DNA of 64,000 nucleotides from Oligoflexales bacterium (GTDB lineage Bacteria; Bdellovibrionota_B; Oligoflexia; Oligoflexales; Bog-1112): NCBI GenBank assembly GCA_045106415.1, contig JBGCEP010000045.1, positions 1 to 64,000 of the forward strand, read 5' to 3'. Shown piece by piece: positions 60,221 to 64,000 of this stretch (position 1 is its first letter; each line of letters starts with the position of its first letter). The notes under the pieces were generated by a model. It saw only the letters and a program-made list of their open reading frames with translations, ran no database searches and was not told where the DNA came from. The position numbers and the translations under genes were made by a program.

Positions 60221-61019
60221 AAGTGTCGCCTTGATTCCAGAGGTTAGGTGAAAGTTGGTGTTGTTTTGAGAAAAAACGATTGAGAGTCATCCATGATAAA
60301 AGAAGACAACTTAAGCTTGTTGTGCCTGCATTGAGAATCATTAGGCTTAGTTGCATGATGGCAGCTTTAAATGGATCGATACCGGCTAAAATTTGGCCAG
60401 TCATAATGCCTGGCAAGCTCACTACGCCGACGACTGTCATTGTATTCATAATAGGTGTTAATCCGGTTAAAAGACTTGTTGCAAAAATAGGGCGGAATGC
60501 TTCCCAACGATCAGCTCCTAGTGCTATTTCAGCTTCGATAATATGCTTTCTCTCGGATAGAAGGCTTGTGAGTCTTTCTAATGTTAATGACATTCCTGTT
60601 AAGGAACTCCCTAATAGAAAACCAAAAAAAGGAATGATGTTTTGAGTTTCCTGCCAACCCATTTGTGATGGGCCAAAAATAATAAAAAAAAGAGTGACGG
60701 ACCAACATCCACCTATAAAGCCGATAGATAAATCCCAGCCGAGCCCTTTATATCTCCATTTTAAACGAGAACGAGCTGTTATCATTGCGATGCAACTCAT
60801 AAAAGACATGAGTGTTAAAGACCAAATCATGGAAGATTGTAAAAAAATCCAATTAAGAGCGAGTCCTACTATTAATAACTGGCTAAAAGCTCGAAGCACA
60901 GCAACTAAAATTTTGTTTGATAGATTTAAATGTAAACGCTGAAAGAGGAAGCAATTCAGAGCAATTAAGCTTATGCCTAAAGAAAACTTCCAAAGAGTCC
61001 AGGTTTCAAGTATAGGCAT
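60204..61019 (-). CDS. fetB: FetB/YbbM (UPF0014) ABC permease
   Basis: RAFSQL, IEAEIALGA, VGVVSLPGIMTGQILAG.DP..A..Q. Confidence 0.9.
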   Translation of the reverse strand: MPILETWTLWKFSLGISLIALNCFLFQRLHLNLSNKILVAVLRAFSQLLIVGLALNWIFLQSSMIWSLTLMSFMSCIAMITARSRLKWRYKGLGWDLSIGFIGGCWSVTLFFIIFGPSQMGWQETQNIIPFFGFLLGSSLTGMSLTLERLTSLLSERKHIIEAEIALGADRWEAFRPIFATSLLTGLTPIMNTMTVVGVVSLPGIMTGQILAGIDPFKAAIMQLSLMILNAGTTSLSCLLLSWMTLNRFFSKQHQLSPNLWNQGDTYAFTN

Positions 61020-61042
61020 TTGTCATCCTTTCTAAGAAAAAC

Positions 61043-61067
61043 TATGATAATAGTAACTAATATCATA
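61043..61067. promoter_or_regulatory. Fur-family operator-like palindrome between divergent fetB and PepSY genes
   Basis: TATGATAATAGTAACTAATATCATA near-perfect dyad; 16/21 match to TGATAATGATAATCATTATCA. Confidence 0.65.
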
Positions 61068-61077
61068 AGAGAGATCT

Positions 61078-61971
61078 ATGTTGAGTTTGATAAAGTTTCA
61101 TCGTTACCTATCGTGGTTAGCTGGTTTTTGGATGTTGTGGATGATTATAAGTGGGTTGTTCTTACAGCATAAAAAATATTATTTTTCGATGGTGTATCAT
61201 ATAGAATCTCTACAAATGGATTTTATGACTGCAGATAAAACTGTAAAAAATCCTTTTCTTTTAAAGATGGAAAACAAGCGGCGCGTGGAAATGCCGCGAG
61301 ATGAGCAACCTTTTTGGGTTGTGCGAGAATTGAATGGTGATGTCTCTTGTTTTCGTTCTCATTCTTACGAAAAATTATCATCAACTCCTTATGTGTTTTA
61401 TCGTCGTATTCGCTCATTGCATCAAAAATTAAATTTAGGTGACTATGGTAAAAGAGTGCAAATTTTATTCGTGTTGTTAAGTCTTTTGTTGATAGGATCA
61501 GGAATTTGGAGTGGGGTAGGGAATTCTTTTTCTTCACGTCATGCTAAAGCTGGAATTATGATATGCATACCTTTTTTATGGGTGATATTTACAGGAACTG
61601 CCTTTTTTATAAAAGACATTGAAATGATTCAATCAATGATGCAAAGAAAAAAAGTTGAAACACAAAACTTTCCTAAGAATATTTCCAGAGTTGATTATAA
61701 GAAAAGTTCTATTCATTTTAGATACAGAAAAAATAGTGATCCTCATCCAATAGGAAGTGGGAGAGGATCTGTAGAAGGAGAGGTGATTTATCTGGAGACC
61801 TTAGATGATAGTTTTTTGAGTTCATTGTCGAACCGCCTTATGCACTTTCATACAGGTTGGGGCTCCTCTCTTTTTTTTATGTACAGAATTTTAATGTTCA
61901 TGACTATGTGTTGTTTGGTATTTTTGTTGAAGAAAATTTTTCAAAGAATAAATTTTTTTAATTCTATTTAA
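61078..61971 (+). CDS. PepSY-associated TM helix domain protein
   Basis: FHRYLSW...ISG, LHQKL, SRHAKAG...FTG, HFHTG His-bearing TM pattern. Confidence 0.75.
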   Translation: MLSLIKFHRYLSWLAGFWMLWMIISGLFLQHKKYYFSMVYHIESLQMDFMTADKTVKNPFLLKMENKRRVEMPRDEQPFWVVRELNGDVSCFRSHSYEKLSSTPYVFYRRIRSLHQKLNLGDYGKRVQILFVLLSLLLIGSGIWSGVGNSFSSRHAKAGIMICIPFLWVIFTGTAFFIKDIEMIQSMMQRKKVETQNFPKNISRVDYKKSSIHFRYRKNSDPHPIGSGRGSVEGEVIYLETLDDSFLSSLSNRLMHFHTGWGSSLFFMYRILMFMTMCCLVFLLKKIFQRINFFNSI

Positions 61972-62049
61972 GTTGAAACTGACTGTAAATAGAGGTTGGA
62001 TTTATATTTTATGATGTCATTTTTTTAAATATTTTTTTGGAAAATGTCT

Positions 62050-62081
62050 GATCGAAGATCAGCATATAGTGATCTTCGATC
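62050..62081. terminator. Stem-loop between convergent genes
   Basis: GATCGAAGATC-agcatatagt-GATCTTCGATC. Confidence 0.65.
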
Positions 62082-62115
62082 ATAGGCTATACAGAACGTT
62101 TTTGTGAGAAATGTC

Positions 62116-63027
62116 TTAGCGAAAATCTCCATTTCCTGGATCAAAATCTTTATCCGATGTTGTTCCTGTATTTTTCTTAACTGGAGCGATTGAATCTAAG
62201 TCTTCAAGTGGGACATGGAAGTTGGTGAGATCTGGGTCATCAAGTCCGATTTCAAACCCTAGAGACTCATCTGGTGGTAGTGCAGATGTTCGTTCCCATA
62301 CGTAATGAGAACCGTTTGTCCGAGAGGAACGGAAAATATTGATGCTGTCGTGATCACTCTCTATTAAACTGACATGGTAGCCAATGTAGCGTGGAGCTTT
62401 TACAATCAAGTTATTGCTTTCGTTTACTTCGTAGTCAAATTTACCGCCATCAATGACATTTGCTACTGTATCGATGCTTAATTTGTTTGAGCGAGAGCTT
62501 TGGAATTTGAATTCCATGGTATCAATCTGGAGTGCTAAAATAATAAAAGGAACTCGAGAGACGTAGCTGCGGCAACGGCGAGGCATTTTGTGGTTGAAAT
62601 AATCAATCGTTTCTATTGTATCGAGGTATTCAACCTGTGGATTTCTAAATTTAATTTCAACTTTACTAGCGCGAGTCGCATCCATCAGTGTATCGATGCC
62701 ACCAAAAATATCGGTAAGATCTCCACCGAATTTTGCTGATCCACCTGTTTTAAATGTTCGTGAAATAGTGTAAGAGGGAAGTGTTGTGGCGTCATGACTA
62801 CGCGGTATATTATCGCTAGGAAAACATGTTTCTGGATTTGCTATGATCTGAAAGCGATCTCCGCCAGCTGAGATGAGAAGGCCAGACCCACTTGTTTCCA
62901 TTGGCGCAGGATAAGGAATATAACCAAGTCTTTTGAGCTCTTCGTGCCAACGGTTTATGCCTTCGTCGCCACAGCTTGTCATGAGCGCTGAGATGCATAA
63001 AATAAGCAAAGAAAAATATTTGATCAT
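62116..63027 (-). CDS. Lipoprotein with a putative gasdermin-family pore-forming fold
   Basis: Lipobox-like MTSC(19); C-x-D...LKRLGY....P, ASKVEIKF.N and P.YIGY motifs colinear with bacterial gasdermins as recalled; AGAGG RBS. Confidence 0.6.
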   Translation of the reverse strand: MIKYFSLLILCISALMTSCGDEGINRWHEELKRLGYIPYPAPMETSGSGLLISAGGDRFQIIANPETCFPSDNIPRSHDATTLPSYTISRTFKTGGSAKFGGDLTDIFGGIDTLMDATRASKVEIKFRNPQVEYLDTIETIDYFNHKMPRRCRSYVSRVPFIILALQIDTMEFKFQSSRSNKLSIDTVANVIDGGKFDYEVNESNNLIVKAPRYIGYHVSLIESDHDSINIFRSSRTNGSHYVWERTSALPPDESLGFEIGLDDPDLTNFHVPLEDLDSIAPVKKNTGTTSDKDFDPGNGDFR

Positions 63028-63141
63028 AGAGGCCTCTTTGAATTTAAGAAAGTCATATAGAGATGAGAATTGCTTGAAAATTCTGTGAGGTCAAGTTTTT
63101 GAGGGTTTCGTGGGATTTTTTTTTGGATAGGCTTTTAGAGG

Positions 63142-64000
63142 TTACGCAAGTCCTTTTGTTTTTGCCAGCTCTTTAAAGCGTGTGGGGCGATTTGCTCTAC
63201 GATAAGCTTCGTCAAAAGATATTTTTTGTGCTTGGAGAAGCTTCATCAAGGAATCGTCCATTAGGATGTTCCCAGCTCCTGATTGTGTTTCCATATGACC
63301 GGAGATCATATGGATTTTTGATTCTCGAATAAGATTACTGACTGCAGTGTCTTGAACTAAAACTTCAAAGGCAGCAGCGCGTTTACCTTCAAGGGTGGGG
63401 CAGAGAACTTGTGAAACCACTCCGGCTAAAGAATTTGAAAGCATGGATCTTATTTGAGCTTGTCTTTCTCCTGGAAATTGATTGACAACGCGGTCGACAG
63501 TGGAAGCGGCTGTTGTGGTGTGGAGTGTGCCAAAAACTAAATGCCCTGTTTCAGCTGTTTCGATAGCCATTTCTACGGTTTCTAGGTCTCTCATCTCACC
63601 GACTAGGACAATATCTGGATCTTCTCTTAGAGCCGCTTTAAGAGCTCTAGAAAAAGAATTTGTGTGAACCCCTACTTCGCGATGGTTGATGAGGCACTTC
63701 TGAGGCGTGTGTACGAATTCAACAGGGTCTTCGACTGTGATGATGTGATCGTGGCGAGTTCTGTTGATCTCGTGAATCATAGCTGCCAATGTTGTTGATT
63801 TCCCGCTTCCTGTTGGTCCTGTAACAAGGACGAGCCCTTTGCTCAGGTGGCAAAACTGTAAAATAGAGTCAGGAAGATTGAGCTCTTGAGCTGTTGGGAT
63901 TTTTGCAGGGATTTGCCGAATCACAGCCCCAATTCCACGGTAATCACGGAAAAGGTTAAAGCGAAATCTTCCAATTCCATCAAGGGCATATGCGTAATCT
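63142..64000 (-). CDS. pilT: Type IV pilus retraction ATPase PilT (5' part outside the window)
   Basis: GPTGSGKST, EDPVE, LREDPD, GEMRD, TGHLVFGTLH; frame stays open to the window edge (DYAYALDGIGRFRFN). Confidence 0.95.
   Translation of the reverse strand, partial: DYAYALDGIGRFRFNLFRDYRGIGAVIRQIPAKIPTAQELNLPDSILQFCHLSKGLVLVTGPTGSGKSTTLAAMIHEINRTRHDHIITVEDPVEFVHTPQKCLINHREVGVHTNSFSRALKAALREDPDIVLVGEMRDLETVEMAIETAETGHLVFGTLHTTTAASTVDRVVNQFPGERQAQIRSMLSNSLAGVVSQVLCPTLEGKRAAAFEVLVQDTAVSNLIRESKIHMISGHMETQSGAGNILMDDSLMKLLQAQKISFDEAYRRANRPTRFKELAKTKGLA

Overview
Bacterial chromosomal window, moderately AT-rich. Gene content suggests Bdellovibrionota/Oligoflexia-like origin (inference: mreBCD-mrdA-rodA divergent from a SurA/PpiD gene, an FHA-GGDEF cyclase resembling Bdellovibrio DgcB, pilT, many orphan exported proteins). 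It starts inside a 5S rRNA and ends inside pilT. It contains an iron-uptake unit with a Fur-like box, the cell-shape operon, a decayed IS630 element, a ~20 kb mosaic surface-glycan locus (dTDP-Fuc4NAc route, several nucleotidyltransferase/HAD/kinase modules, two GT-C-like membrane proteins), three tandem exported nucleases and a FetAB/PepSY metal locus. Top candidates for novelty: (1) 62116..63027, a lipoprotein that aligns by eye with bacterial gasdermins, with the conserved N-terminal Cys acting as the lipobox Cys, lying directly downstream of pilT with no adjacent protease (a candidate exported gasdermin); (2) 56963..58027, a signal-peptide protein with three eukaryote-like homeodomain repeats and an NLS-like motif, flanked by two other exported proteins with NLS-like tails; (3) 6712..9087, an apparently exported amidoligase-fold protein. 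All family calls come from motif reading and recall, not from database searches.
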